Assembly (NCBI RefSeq): GCF_006345805.1
Contig: NC_042997.1
Location: 37,014,001 to 37,078,000, forward strand
Reading direction: 5' to 3'
From: Octopus sinensis
Lineage: Eukaryota
DNA length: 64,000 bases
Shown: piece by piece, positions 13,607-26,914 of the stretch
How the letters are laid out: each line of letters starts with the position of its first letter
Position numbering within the stretch: the first letter of the stretch is position 1
Notes under the pieces: generated by a model
Databases searched by the model: none
Seen by the model: only the letters and a program-made list of their open reading frames with translations
What the model was told of the DNA's origin: nothing
Made by a program: the position numbers and the translations under genes

Positions 13607-16600
13607 TTGCCATTACTTTACAGAAGAAGGCCATCTCTTCAATTAATAAATAGTCATGAGATCTATTACTAGCTAGTCCTGCTCTTGATGAACAAACACT
13701 ACTGCAGATCTCACAATTATTATTAAGCAACATATTGTATGGAATTGTAGTTCAGTCATGTCTACGAAGTGTTCGTTCGAGCTTCAAATGTTTTACATCT
13801 ATTGTAGATCACTTGTTTCCAAACCGATCGATCTTGCGTCATCTGCTCCCAGTATTCGTCTAACACATTAAGAGCCTTAAGGTTGCTTTTGTCACAATCT
13901 CTAAAACGTAGATTTATGTCTCGGACGTTTGCCAAACTGCAGCTCCCCGGAAAACAACTGCTTTGGTAACCTTTCATCCTGCATTCTAGCTGGATGTGTT
14001 AGCCTGCTGAAGAACAAAGGTGTCTGGTGTTAAAACTTCCATTTGATGTCTAGTATCCTCCTTAGGCAAGTCTAATGAAATCTTTTTAAAGCCTTGATGT
14101 GGCACCTATATGTCGTTCAGGTCTCAGAAGAGTACTGAAGGACCATCAAAGTGCAAGATTTATAGATTTTAAGCTTTGTTTTGAAGGTGATACCTCTATC
14201 AGACCAGCACACAATTTTCAAGCCCTCCAAATGCTTTGCTGGCTTTTTCAATTCTCAGGTTTATTTCAGAATCAAGGGATCCAGCTCTAGAGAGAATGCT
14301 GCCTAGGTAGATGAACGAATCAACCACATCTAATCTTGTCTTCTGAACGAAGATATTAGGCTCCACATAGGGTGGGTCTGGTGACTGAGAGAACATGATC
14401 TTTGTTTTCTTTACACTGATGGTAAGTCCAAAAGCAATAGAAGTTCAAGAGAAGAGATATAACCTGCACGCCCTCGCCGGTGTCAGCATAAAGGAACTCT
14501 CAAGCAAGGTCCTAGAATATCTTCGACCTTCTATTAAAGGGCTTAACATCGAAGAACTTACTTGTGGTTCTGAATATAGACGCCGATATCACAGTCTTGG
14601 AAAGTGTGCATGATAGTTACAGCGAAATATATGGAAAAAGGTTTTGGAGCAACAATATCACCTTGTTTAACTCCGTTACTGATGGAATGTTTTTCCGATA
14701 GTGACTCATTGAAGCTAAGACAAGCTTTCAAATCACCATGAAGTTGCTTAAACAACTTGGCAAAATGAGGTGGACCTCGAGGTTTATCAAGAATGGTCCA
14801 GAGAACAGTCATATTAACAGTGTCGAAGGCTTTTGTTAATTCGACAAATACCTGGTAAAGAGACATGTGATGCTCAATGCATATCTTCCCGGAACTGACG
14901 GGCAGAATAAATCACGTCCAGTGTGTCAATACTTGACCTAAGCCACACTGACTCTCCAGGATGACAGAGGGGCATATCCGCATTGTTAGCCGATTAAGTA
15001 AAAGTTTTACAAAAACCTTACCGAATATTTATTGCCTCTGTAACTGCCACACTCAGATTTAGATCCTTCTTTGAACAATGAAATTAAAATGGCATCAACC
15101 CAGTCCGGGGAAACAGGAGCAACCAGTTGTCTGATATTAGATGGTGGATCTTTACAGCAAGCCTAGTACTCCCGTGGAGGAGACTATCAACAGCAAGATC
15201 TTAAAGACCTGGTGTCTTCCCAGTATTTAATTCTATGATTGTCTTTGGCTTTCATCTATAGTTGGATGTTCCATAAGCTCGGGTAAGATATCCTTTTGGA
15301 ACAGATTACAGACGACCTCTTCATGAATAACTAAAGGATTATAACTAAAGGATCAGTGAAGTGCTCAGTCCAAAGTTTCATGATACACTCATGATCCTTG
15401 AGTGGTACAACAAATGATCACCCAGGGTCAAACACTTGCCCAATCAAGTAATATGCTGTATTCAGGTCTTTACTGTTATACGCTTTCTGGATTTGTTTTA
15501 GAAATATCCGACCACCATTCGTTTTTCATTTGTCGTATCTTCCTCTGGAGTGATGATTTTATCCTTTGAGAGACTGGAGTAAGGGCTTTTCTATTCTCAT
15601 CTGGGGCATCAGGCATTTTGCTACAACTTGTTTTTAGTTTATTGATCTGTAGATCGTTTTTATCTAACCAGTCCCTATCTTTTATGTTTCGGAGACCAAG
15701 AACCTCTACTCAGATATTGTAAATTGTGGTCTTAAACTGAGCCCAATTCCATCAAATTCCGCTTCTCCAATAGCATTTCTAAGTTTCGCTTGCACCTTAG
15801 AGTCACTTAATTTCAGCACATCAATACGTTAATGAACATTTATTCCTCCAGATGTTACATGATGTGGAGTTTCAATTTACTGCATCTGAGCATTTGGTCA
15901 GTCCCGCATTTTGCACCTCGCATGACGCGGACAGTGCAAATATATGGAAGGTCACGTTTACAGGTGATAAGTTAATCAAGGATATGCCCTTGTTTGGATT
16001 TCGGGTGCGTCCAGGTACCTTTATGGATATACTTCTGATGAAAAACAATGTTTACGTTGAGTGCAGAGCCGAAGAAGGCGGAGATCATTAGCGCTCATTT
16101 TGCCCAGACCGTGTCTCCCTAGTGCATCCCAGGCCTCATAATCGCATCCAATACTGGCGTTGAAGTCGCCAACAAGGAGGTTCTTATCTGAATTTTGAAT
16201 CGAAATCATAACCAATCTGAGCTCTTCTTAGAAAGCCATAATAGTTTCACTGTCGCTATATAAAGAGTAGAAGCATGAATAGAAATGACAGTCATTAAAC
16301 GATTGCATGATAGAGGAGCTCGAAGAGATATAATCATATCACTGAAACCATTAGGTTGTTCTCTTTTGTGGGTGAACTCGGTGCGAATCGCAAATCAACT
16401 CTTCCAAATGAAAGTGTACGCAGCGCCTGTTTCTGACAAGTGATCTTCATCCCTCAACTGAGTTTCACAGAATGCAGCAACGTGAATGTTAAACCGAGCG
16501 AATTCGTTGGCTATTATGCCAGTTTATTGTTCAGGGTTACTTGATCCTCCATGATCAAGAAGTGTACTGACATTCCATCCACATACCTAGAATCTATGTT

Positions 16601-16880
16601 TCTTGCTTGCATGTTTTATCTTTGTATTCCTCCTGCAGTAGTGAACAGCTGTCAGCTGCAGATTGCTGAGCAGCTCGATGGTAGAACATGTATTTGTTTG
16701 GGTCACCTTTTCTAGACATTTCCCAGATTTCTGCCTGGGCAGTGCTACCCTAGCGAGGGTTGCTGTGACAATCTTGACATCGCGAAAGTATGCTGATGTT
16801 CTTTCAATAATGCAGCGACGTTAGATGGGCCATGAGCCTCCCACGTGTAGATTTGTGGCTATGCGCCCCCAGCCTGTTAA
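13607..16880 (-). mobile_element. Decayed near full-length RTE-clade (BovB-like) LINE
   Basis: AP endonuclease motifs (WNVSTL, IHVAAFCETQL, LLVGDFNA), RT motifs (FVELTKAFDTV, GVKQGDIVAP, FIYLGSIL..EINLRIEKASKAFG) and C-terminal CEICSSVCSSRAGL..H. Numerous stops, frameshifts and deletions. Confidence 0.92.
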
Positions 16881-16933
16881 GCCTGCACATGTCACACCCA
16901 CGCATATATTTAAGAATTAAAAATGTAAATAAC

Positions 16934-16968
<35 letters not shown>

Positions 16969-17307
16969 TATATATTATATATATACCCGCACAGTTCACC
17001 ACACAAGACACGGTTCTGGCACACACAAACGCAATTCAGTCAACTATATAGATATGTACATATAATAATTCGATGGCCTTTGACTCTTGAGAGGTCTCTG
17101 CCTTCTACAGGTCTTGCTTTTAGTCCTGCTGGGAGACAGGGTGTCCAGTACACATTTTCCTCACCAAGTGGAATTGGTGTAGGAGAAGACGGTTTCGTCG
17201 CTGACGATCCGATCATGAGACAGGTAGTACTGGCTTGCATAGTACCAGTAAAGTAAACGACCTGACACACACACACATAAACACACACACACACACGTGT
17301 ACATATG

Positions 17308-17352
<45 letters not shown>

Positions 17353-17499
17353 GGTTATGAGAGGTAACGGTGTCAGTGAGACCCAAAGGTGGTCAGGTAA
17401 TGCTGAGTAAGTGCTATGGATAGACCATAGTTAAGCTCCAGGTTCGGTGATTATGCAAATAAAGAGTCCAACGTAGGTCATATATCAGCGTGTGTTTAT

Positions 17500-17625
17500 A
17501 TAATTTGTTTTTCAAAATGAGATAAAAAAAAACAAGGCTATGGACATTTTACAGCATTTATAAATAGGTCTTACAACTGTTTCCAGTATATTTATCATAC
17601 CCCTTCATCGCAGGCGGCTTGAGAA
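17500..17625 (-). mobile_element. PLE pseudo-LTR-like fragment with decayed hammerhead
   Basis: Minus strand reads GCGATGA-AGGGGTAT..ATACTG-GAAAC-AGTT-GTA-AGACC; the downstream sequence resembles that of the 23963-24075 copy. Confidence 0.5.
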
Positions 17626-20035
17626 AATGGTTAAGCAATAGTTAATTTAGATACCAAATACAGAGTGAAGTGGAGAAATAAAAATAGATGTGAGTTATGC
17701 GAGGATTTTGGATTTATCCCTATTTTCTCTTACGCGAAACTGTATAAAAATTATATATCTCTATACTATTTAACTGAAATTCCTTAGTTAAAAAAAAAAG
17801 CCACAGGGAAAATAGTATACGGTTTCAACACCAATGTAAAGGAACGGGATTGTTTTCTTTACTAATTACCAATATATTTTAATATTTATATGATATCCAT
17901 ATACTAAGTTCTATTAATCTGATTCTTAATCACTATAAGGTTTGAAATATACACTCCCAAACAAACATACTCAATACACACACATATAAAGGAAGCAAAA
18001 GAAACAATAAAAAAACAGAGGCAAAATATGGAAGGAAAACAATACGACTGCTTTTAAATGGCATGTAATATAAGAGGCTTAGCAAGAAGGATGCCAACGT
18101 GTAACATTCAGTGTAAACTTTATCAATTGACTGATTTTCAATTGCGTGCACCTAATAATATTCAAATTTTAACATCCGGGCAAGCCAAGTTATATCGGTT
18201 ATTAAATTACTATTTTGTGATGTATGTATATTTTAGTTTTTCTTTCTAACACTCGCTTGATATTTTAAGGTAACTTAAGAGAATATCTCCAATACACTGA
18301 TAATAATCATCAACGGACGTAAGTTATCTTGTTGACTAGAAGAGGTAAAAAGATAGCTACGAATAATATCACGCGTTATTGTTGCACTAAATTTGATGCC
18401 AACACATCTGCTAATGAAATATACCGTCGTAATCATACATCTAAAAAATTTACGAGAGATGTCTTGTTTTAATTTTCGGTATATTCTGGGCTCATCAAAT
18501 TTTAACATTACTATCGAAGACATAACAAAGTTTGTTCTCATGAGAAAATTTATTGATATGTCCTGCTTTTAAGCTAGAAATCCTTGTAGAGTTTATTTCT
18601 ATTGTGGTTCAGTAAATTTTGCATACGTTAATATCTTCCGTTTTATGTGATTAATTTTAGAACAAATGCCCCAGCAAAAATAATTTTCAATTTTAGAATA
18701 TTCCTTTCAAACATAAGTTACAGATGCATTATTTTCTCACCGGTTAAATATTTATCTTTGGAAGAAAGGAACACAGAAGTGGATTTCTAAGCCAAAGTTG
18801 AGTTTTCTATAAATAACGTCAAGTAAGAGATTTACTAGCACATACACTTATGCACACACATATGTGAACGTATGAGAATGTATGTGGTTGCATTTGGTGT
18901 GAGGAGTGTTTGGAGGAAGAGAGAGAAATAGAGAAACAGATAATGTATATGATTGCGTATATGTTTTGGTACATGTGCATATATATATATGCGTGTTGGG
19001 TGAATATAGAGTGTGTCAGGTATTTTGTGTGCTACTACAGGCATGTACTTCAAGTGCAATCTGTTACCTGGTTTTAAACTTAGATACTGTGACAATAACC
19101 TCATCAGGCTTAAACAGGGGAGTCGATCGCTAAAACCTCGACAGGAAAAACGACCGAAAATTTTAAAATGACAGCAATCATTTAGCAATAGTGTGCTGTA
19201 ATTACTGAGGTTTTCGAAGAGCAGATTGCAAAATTACTTTGAATAATTTTTCGTATCAGAACAAATGTCTATGGAAATGCGTGTTAGTCACTCATGCATG
19301 ACTATACGAAGACAAAATAGATAGAAGTAAACATCTCAAGAAAAGAAGAAAAAACACAAAGTAAACCGAGGTGCCGTAGCGTTCATCTTTAGGTCAGGTA
19401 AATTTTACTTAGATCCTGCAGCTGGTAATTGTAACCAAGCGTTGAGTTCGTATTTGTCTCTAGCAGTTCGATCTCGCTCGAATCGAAATCAAAATGACTG
19501 GAACCAGATATCGGATGCTGGTCACCGTTAAATAAATATTCTGATATATATCTGAACTTCCTCCGATTCCAAATTATTCCCCCATCTTTAACGCACCACA
19601 CGATTGTTATATTTACAATATCGTAACTAATACTTGAGTTTTATTGCCAGTGATTTCATTCGTAATTACCCGCGTCACTACTGTCCTTACGATAATGATC
19701 TCACACTAACGTTTATTTTTGTTTTCAGTACACGCCCATCATTATCATCATCATCATCATCATGATTTTCATCGTCATCGTCATCGTCATCATCATCATC
19801 ATAGTGATCATTATCATAATTACTCTGCTTACAATTTCTAGTATATATAAGTTGTTTTTTTCCTTAATGGTCTTCTTACTAGTAGTATACTATCACTTGT
19901 ATTTCTAAAAAATATTATCAAAACTATTAGTAACATGAATGAGTTTTTCCTTTTACCTACTCACACATCCTCATTACACTGTCACTCTCTCTCTCTTCCT
20001 CTCTCCTTCTCTTCCCGTCTCTCTCTCTCTCTCTG

Positions 20036-20070
<35 letters not shown>

Positions 20071-21267
20071 ACACATTGAGGTATATACACTTAGATAAAC
20101 ATATAAATATATATACAAAGTATGCATATGCACGCAAACGTATATAATACATGGTACAGATATATCACAATTAAACTTATTTTTTGGACATACACATATG
20201 CCTTCACAAAAATACCAACACACACATACAGAAACCCACATGTACATACACACATATATGTCTACATACGCACATATAAAAGAACACATATACACCCACA
20301 CATACACACGTATATATAGCCACGCAAGCACTCGGATACATATAGAACAATACATCTCATAGATGAGAGGTATATCTTACATGTGCTTATTAGGATTTTT
20401 ATACCCTCACACAAACCGCCATACGGGAAATAATACACTAATGCATACACATTATACGCGTACATAGGAATATAATCGCATGGGACCACATCACAACACA
20501 TGCACAAACATTCAGTTCTATATTTCACAAACATACACAGAGTTGTATAGATATATAACACGCAAGTATATGCATTTGCAAAACTATAGACACGTGCGTA
20601 CACATGGGCAGGAAAAATTATTAGGTGAATATACACTCAGTTACAAAGATATGCATATCGAATCAGGGTACCATTACCAGCAGAGAATTACAACTATGAA
20701 ATTTGCATTCATCTATATTTTTCACCCGAATTCATATACACTTGCATATACGCCCACAGCCCCACAAATATGCTAAACATCAATAAAGGTATAAGGAAGC
20801 ACACACACACCCACGCACACACACACCCACACACACCCACACTCACGTACACATAAAGACGTCCGTGAATCAATATACTCGCTAAAATATCAGAGCCCAA
20901 GAAACTGCTCGTGCGTACATTCATACATCACGCCAATCCATGCGTGGCGCTTCAGATATTCAAATGGCAAATGCTACTCTAATTAACGGTTTAGAAAATT
21001 ATGCAAAAAGTTACAGGAAATTAACTAAACAACTGTAGTTAGTCATTAGCTAATTCATGTGTAAATATCACCGTTAGTTAATGAAGGAATATTGCAGAAA
21101 CGAGAGAGATATTTATCAAGGTTAAATATAGGCATAAGTCTGTGAAGTATTATATGCACGAAACCATTCGCTGATTGAATAACATTTAACCTGATGAAAA
21201 CTCAGAACACAACTAAGTTATCCATAGAGAGTCGCATAAAATCTTAAACCAATTTTGGTTGCAAAAA

Positions 21268-21905
21268 GTTTTGGCACAAAGCCAGCAAGTACGAGAGTAG
21301 GCTTAAGCCGTTTACACTGGCCCCAGAGCTCAACTTCTACTTATTTTATCGACACTGGAAGCGATGAAAGAAAAAGTCACCTTCGATAGATTTTGAACTG
21401 AGAACGTACAAACAGATAGAATGCCACTAAGAATTATTTCCGACGTGAAGACTATTCTGTGTACAACTGCCTTGATTATTTTCAAATTTGGCACTAGGCA
21501 AGCAATTTCGACGACTGGAGTGAGTCGATCACATTGGCCTCAGTATTCAACCGGTACTTATTTTATTGACACTGCAAAAGATGACAGGTAAATTCGACAA
21601 CGGCAGATTTTGAACTCTGAACGTAGAAACGAACGAAATGCCGCTAAGTGTTTTGTGCGATGAGCAAACAATTCTGTCGGCAGCTGCCTGGAGTAATTTC
21701 AAATTTTGGTACAAGGCCCGCGGTTCTGTGCACGGGGCGAAATTGGTCACATCGGCCCCGGTGCTCAACTATTATCTATTTTATTGATATTGGAAGGAAT
21801 GAAACAACGTCGACGTCGATGTGTTTTGAACCCAGAACGTACAGACAGAAGAAATGCTGCTAAGCATTTTGATTGGATAACGATTCGATCAACTCACCAC
21901 CTCAC
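21268..21905 (-). mobile_element. Three tandem decayed SINE units (family of 28562-29139)
   Basis: Three roughly 220-bp units, each with TACTTATTTTATCGAC...TTTGAACTCAGAACGTA-like blocks. Confidence 0.8.
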
Positions 21906-23228
21906 AAACCATCAATTTTAAATTATTAATGTAGGTCAAATGCTGTTAATGCTGAGTTTGCCTTCCATAGTATCGGGCTTTTTAAGAAAGGCACATTGTA
22001 GGTGGACCGTGTTTTCAAACAGAGATGTATGAGGATGTGTACGAATATAATTAGACTACGTATTACTATGTATTGAATCAACCAAATTAGCAGATTAGAA
22101 AATCTCTATAAGGGACGGGATCATTAACTACACACTGAGAAGTAATGATTATTGCCACCTCAACGTGACTGTTCCTTAAGAACCGACATTCCAACAGTTT
22201 TAACCCCCAAGATGACGGTGAATCGATGGAATTTGCACCCGATATATATTGCAAGCAGGAAAATGAACTTCTACCATCTACTTGCCACGAGACCTCCAGA
22301 ACCTACGGTTTCGCACTCGATGCAACTGGGGGAGACGTGCTCTTAGCGTTAAAATGGTGGTAATGTCTGTTCCTATGGAACAGCATTGTTGAAGTGGTGA
22401 TAAACATTACTTCTCGGTATAGTACCTGCTTTCATCTCCGGTACACATTTTCGAAGTAGCTAATTCTCTAGTTGCAATATCAGTGACTGTGTGTCACTTA
22501 TTTTCCATATATTGCGAGCTGGAGTGAACTACTGCTAACGCTAGCGGATGAGTATCCACCACCGAATATGTACACAAAGTCCTCGAAACTCTAAGGTCTG
22601 GTGGCTTCGTAGCTGCATCGAATAACCAGTTGGCGGATGCGCCCTCCTGGGGTTAAAATGGTAGTTACGTTGTTCCTACGAAACAGCTATTTTGAAATGG
22701 CTATAAAAATACTTTTATATATTGAACGATATAGATACCTCTTCAAACCCTGTTGTTCAATACAAGGACGGAGAAGGCCTTCATGACGTAGAAGTTCATC
22801 AAGTGTGCTAAAAAAAAACACGAAAGGAGCTGAATACAATCTCGCAATGAAGGGCTCATTCCGAATTTTAAAAAAAAACACGTATGAGAAATCAATATAA
22901 TCCTGTATCGACAAACATTTGTATTCGCCATGATTATTAGTATTAGCTTTAGTTTTGCCATATATAAGCAGCGCAGAGTAGTGCTGTAAAACCTACATCT
23001 CCGGTATTCACAGATATTTTACTTATTATACATGTATATTTGTAGCTTTTTCATGGACATTTCACTGTGCATAGCTAAAGGCAATTCGAGTTGTAGAATG
23101 TGCTTGACGTACCTCATGTTGAACGAAATGTACATATAAATTTTGCTTATACTGCTGTTATTCACTGCCATTAGTGATGGTATGTTCACGGTACTACCAG
23201 TCTCATATTTACTTTTATATATACACAT

Positions 23229-23262
<34 letters not shown>

Positions 23263-23267
23263 GTATG

Positions 23268-23340
<73 letters not shown>

Positions 23341-23467
23341 GGAGAGGTGCAGCCGGGGGGTATATGTCCAAAGGAGAATACGTAATGGGTAGATAAAAAG
23401 TCCAGTGCAGAAGTTCGTGTGTGTTAAGAAATGACACGATAAACATATGCGACCACGTGAGCGTGTG

Positions 23468-23683
23468 ATATATAGGGAGAGTTTACGAAATAAAATAAAA
23501 AACAAAAGATGAATACAGGTGGTATACAAAACAAACAAATGTATTAGTATAACGCTCAGGAATGGGAAAAGGCTTGAAACGTAAAGGACTTCTTCTATTG
23601 CTGAGCGTTATACTAATACATTTGTTGATTTGTAGAACACCTGTCTCCGTCTTTTGTTTGTTTCTTAAACTCTCCCTATATAT
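23468..23683. repeat. Imperfect inverted-repeat (fold-back/MITE-like) element next to (TA)n
   Basis: Arms TATAGGGAGAGTTTA...TAACGCTCAGGAAT (23468-23563) and ATTGCTGAGCGTTA...TAAACTCTCCCTATA (23597-23683). Confidence 0.9.
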
Positions 23684-23702
23684 ATATATAATATATATAT
23701 AT

Positions 23703-23749
<47 letters not shown>

Positions 23750-23759
23750 TATATCTCTG

Positions 23760-23842
<83 letters not shown>
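23760..23842. repeat. (GATA)n microsatellite
   Basis: Direct inspection. Confidence 0.97.
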
Positions 23843-23962
23843 CATTAATTGCCCACGTATCATAATTTAAAGTAATAAATAATCCGAGAGAGTATTATGC
23901 TAAAAACCGATAATTGTTATACGTGTAGTAATAATTGCCTCTATTGAAACTATTGTAACTCA

Positions 23963-24008
23963 TCTCTGATGATGGGATACCATTCAATTCCCTGAAACGT
24001 CTGTAAGA
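23963..24008 (+). ncRNA. Minimal type I hammerhead ribozyme motif
   Basis: TCT-CTGATGA-tGGGA..TCCCt-GAAA-C-gtct-GTA-AGA: intact core, 3-bp stem I, 4-bp stem II. Confidence 0.65.
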
Positions 24009-24115
24009 CCACCTTTCACTTTATAAATGTCCTAGAAATATCACATGGCCCTGCCTTGGTTATTTTATTTTATTTAACACATGCATACACACACACATAT
24101 ACACAAACACATATA

Positions 24116-24490
24116 CGAGGGGCATTCAATAAGTAATGCCCCTAACCCTCTTGCAGTTGTTTGATCTAGCTGAAAGTTTGTATGTGCACTTATTTATTCA
24201 TCTATAGATTAAGTGGCGAATTACAGCTCTGACCTAATTGTGGTTTCTGATTTACAGGTGTTTGAACTGAGTCAAGTGTGAAATGGAGCCTGTTGAGTGT
24301 CGAGCAGTGATCTGGTTTTTGTATTTGAAAAGACGCACACCACCGGAGACTTTTCATGAAATGAAAGTAACTTATGGTGATGATGCCCCATCATATGACC
24401 TTGTAAAACGCTGGCATTGTGAATTCAAAACATAGTCGGAACTCTGTGGAAACAGCTCCCAGATCTGGTTGCCCCCTTCTGCCGTTGATG
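24116..24490 (+). mobile_element. Mariner transposon 5' fragment (TIR plus N-terminal HTH of transposase)
   Basis: TA|CGAGGGG terminus. ATG at 24283 gives MEPVECRAVIWFLYLKRRTPPETFHEMKVTYGDDAPSYDLVKRWHCEFK, then after a frameshift SVETAPRSGCP, a typical mariner HTH ending in a PRSGRP-like motif. Confidence 0.88.
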
Positions 24491-24519
24491 CTAACTTGAT
24501 TCTGCTAACTTGATTCTGA

Positions 24520-24813
24520 CCTTGAACTATCTCAACGGGCAATCTCTTCTGATTTCATCCAATCTGGCGTCAACGCATATAGATAGACAGTTTGTATCAT
24601 TAATTTCATGGGCTCCTCGTGAGCGTTTGTCGAAAAGCTTGTTTTGCATTTTGTTGGAGAATTAAGTTCCTGGATTTTCCTGAAGAGAAAGCTGCAAAAT
24701 GGACTCCTTATTCAATCGGAATTAGGGACATTGCAGACTTCGAAACATATGTCGAGAATAAAATAAAGGAATTTTGTTAAATCTTCGTTCAGCTCCATTC
24801 TTTCCTATACTTA
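24520..24813 (+). mobile_element. 3' end of a diverged relative of the large PLE, ending in (TA)n
   Basis: 24674-24813 is alignable to 57098-57245 (CCTGAAGAGAAAG..TTATTCAATCGGA..TTCGAAACA..AAATAAA..CGTTCAGCTCCATT). Confidence 0.85.
24674..24759 (+). ncRNA. Type I hammerhead ribozyme (PLE-associated, palindromic stem III)
   Basis: ATTTTC-CTGAAGA-GAAAGCTGCAA..TTGCAGACTTC-GAAA-CATATG-TC-GAGAAT; predicted cleavage after GUC (24753). Confidence 0.8.
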
Positions 24814-24846
24814 ATATATATATATATATATTATATATATATTATA

Positions 24847-24914
<68 letters not shown>

Positions 24915-26252
24915 TTATATATATGTATGTATGTATGTATAAACATTGTGAAACTCGCAGGCATGGAAGTTTTGTGTTTCGTGAATACGTAGGGAAACAA
25001 ATTCATGCCATATTAATTCTACACAATTCTAAGTAAATAAACGCGCGTGTGTGTAATTTTGTTACTAATTTCGTGGATGAGAAGGCAATAAATATTGACA
25101 CTAAATTCGCAAAATCATTAAATTGCCAAGAAAATTTTCATTCTCTATTGCATGAGCCTTTAATTCCCAATTTCAAATCCAGCTGAGTTCAATACTCATC
25201 TTTCGTCCTCCGGCAGTCAAGAAACTAATTTCTAATCATGCACTTGATTTAATCCGATATTTCCATGCAATTTTGTGGCTGTAAATGGTAATATATCATA
25301 TTCAGTCTAGTATCAATTTAGGTAAGTGAATCACATTGTTTGCAGCTAAATATCTTGGTCAAAATAAAGAATCCCTAATTATAAGTGCAAATCACCCACC
25401 TTCGAAGGCGAGCGACTTTCTTATGAAATCAAGAATATGCTTTCCTAAACGTTTCATATATACTACCGATATCATTTATTATCATTTCTATCCACATTTA
25501 TTGAATTATTAATTCATTTTGTCTGGAAATTATTAATTCATTTTGTCTGGAAATTATTTGTCTGAAATTATTGAATGCAAGAAGGTATTTGTACTTTTAG
25601 ATATGCATTGCAACAAATAGAATATATGACATCTTAGTGGAGATAATTATACTTGTATGTAGTAAATATACGATATCAGATGTCTATGTCGTTTGCGCTT
25701 ATATTAATGATATAATCATTAACATGGGTAAAGAGAATCCTTAACAAAATATATATTTCAAATGCATTGAAATTTGTATTGCAAGAAGTACACAGCTCTC
25801 AGGGTGTCGAGTCTCCAGCTTGTTGTGACAATCGTTTCAAGCTACTTCAGTTCACTTGATTTACATCACTAACGTTCAAGAGGAGGGAATGATCGTTATG
25901 CCAGCTCATTGTACACCTATTCAATTTTGTGGTCAAGTGACTATTTAAGTAATGTTCATGAAATCAATAATGTATTTCTCACAGAAATTTGTCTTAATGG
26001 AGTAGATTTATTACTTAACGTTATTAATTACATTGCCGGCAGGCATCGTTTATCGCTCAGTGGTCTTTGATTGCCAATCACGTAGACGACAAGCACGTTT
26101 GAGAACATGCTCGAAATGATACATAGTATAGTACAACAAATAGATGTGAAGGTGTTTGGAGATCATTTTAAAAATTCAATATTATACAAATTGCAAATGA
26201 ATTTTTCTTGCATCAAAGCAAGAAAGGGTATTTAAATTTTTTTTTTTTTTTG

Positions 26253-26468
26253 TACTTGTTTCAATCATTTGACTGCGGCCATGCTGGAGCACCGCCTTTA
26301 GAGTGGTGAAAGAGTACAGCAGGGATCACCACCATCCCCTGCCGGAGCCTCGTGGAGCTTTTAGTGTTTTCGCTCAATAAACACACACAACGCCCGGTCT
26401 GGGAATCGAAACCGCGATCCTCCGACCGCAAGTCCGCTGCCCTAACCTCTGGGCCATTGCGCCTCCAA
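26253..26468 (-). mobile_element. Short tRNA-derived SINE sharing its 3' tail with the 6514-7090 family
   Basis: Head GGAGGCGCAATGGCCCAGAGGTTAGG..GGTTTCGATTCCC joined to the tail AAGGCGGTGCTCCAGCATGGCCGCAGTCAAATG. Confidence 0.85.
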
Positions 26469-26914
26469 ATGAAAACATTTTTTTTATTTAGTAACAAATA
26501 TTTAAATCTAGCTTCTAAGACAAAAATTGCATTTCTAATAGAAAGAATTCGGCTTTCGTACATGATGAAAGTATTTGAAGTTGTAGGCAATTTAAGATGA
26601 ATTAACCACATAAATATAGTTTAAAACAAGCATTTCTCTCAGATAGGAAGATTCTTAATTATCAATACTAGATGTAGCATGCATACAAACAATTTACATT
26701 TCGTATTACTTTATTACTGGTTTTAAAACATATCCACACCTTGTTACCAGCGCAAATCTGTTATTGGATCAAATGCTCAAGACTCTTGTGACAAGCATTG
26801 CAAATACACGTAAAACTAGCATTCTAAATTTATTACTCATCAAATTTTAATGCGATGCGATTAGCAGTTTGCACCTAGTGCGCAAGCATATAAACCAAAG
26901 TGCATATATCTTTA

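Noticed and set aside
22270-22712. Diverged direct repeats (22348 and 22652) and an HHR-like GGATGAG..CTCGAAAC at about 22545-22590
   Set aside because: Core and stems are too degenerate to call.
25504-25572. 24-bp tandem duplication; also short duplications at about 1510-1553 and 29263-29317, and (GACTAAG)n at 27906-27933
   Set aside because: Ordinary slippage products.
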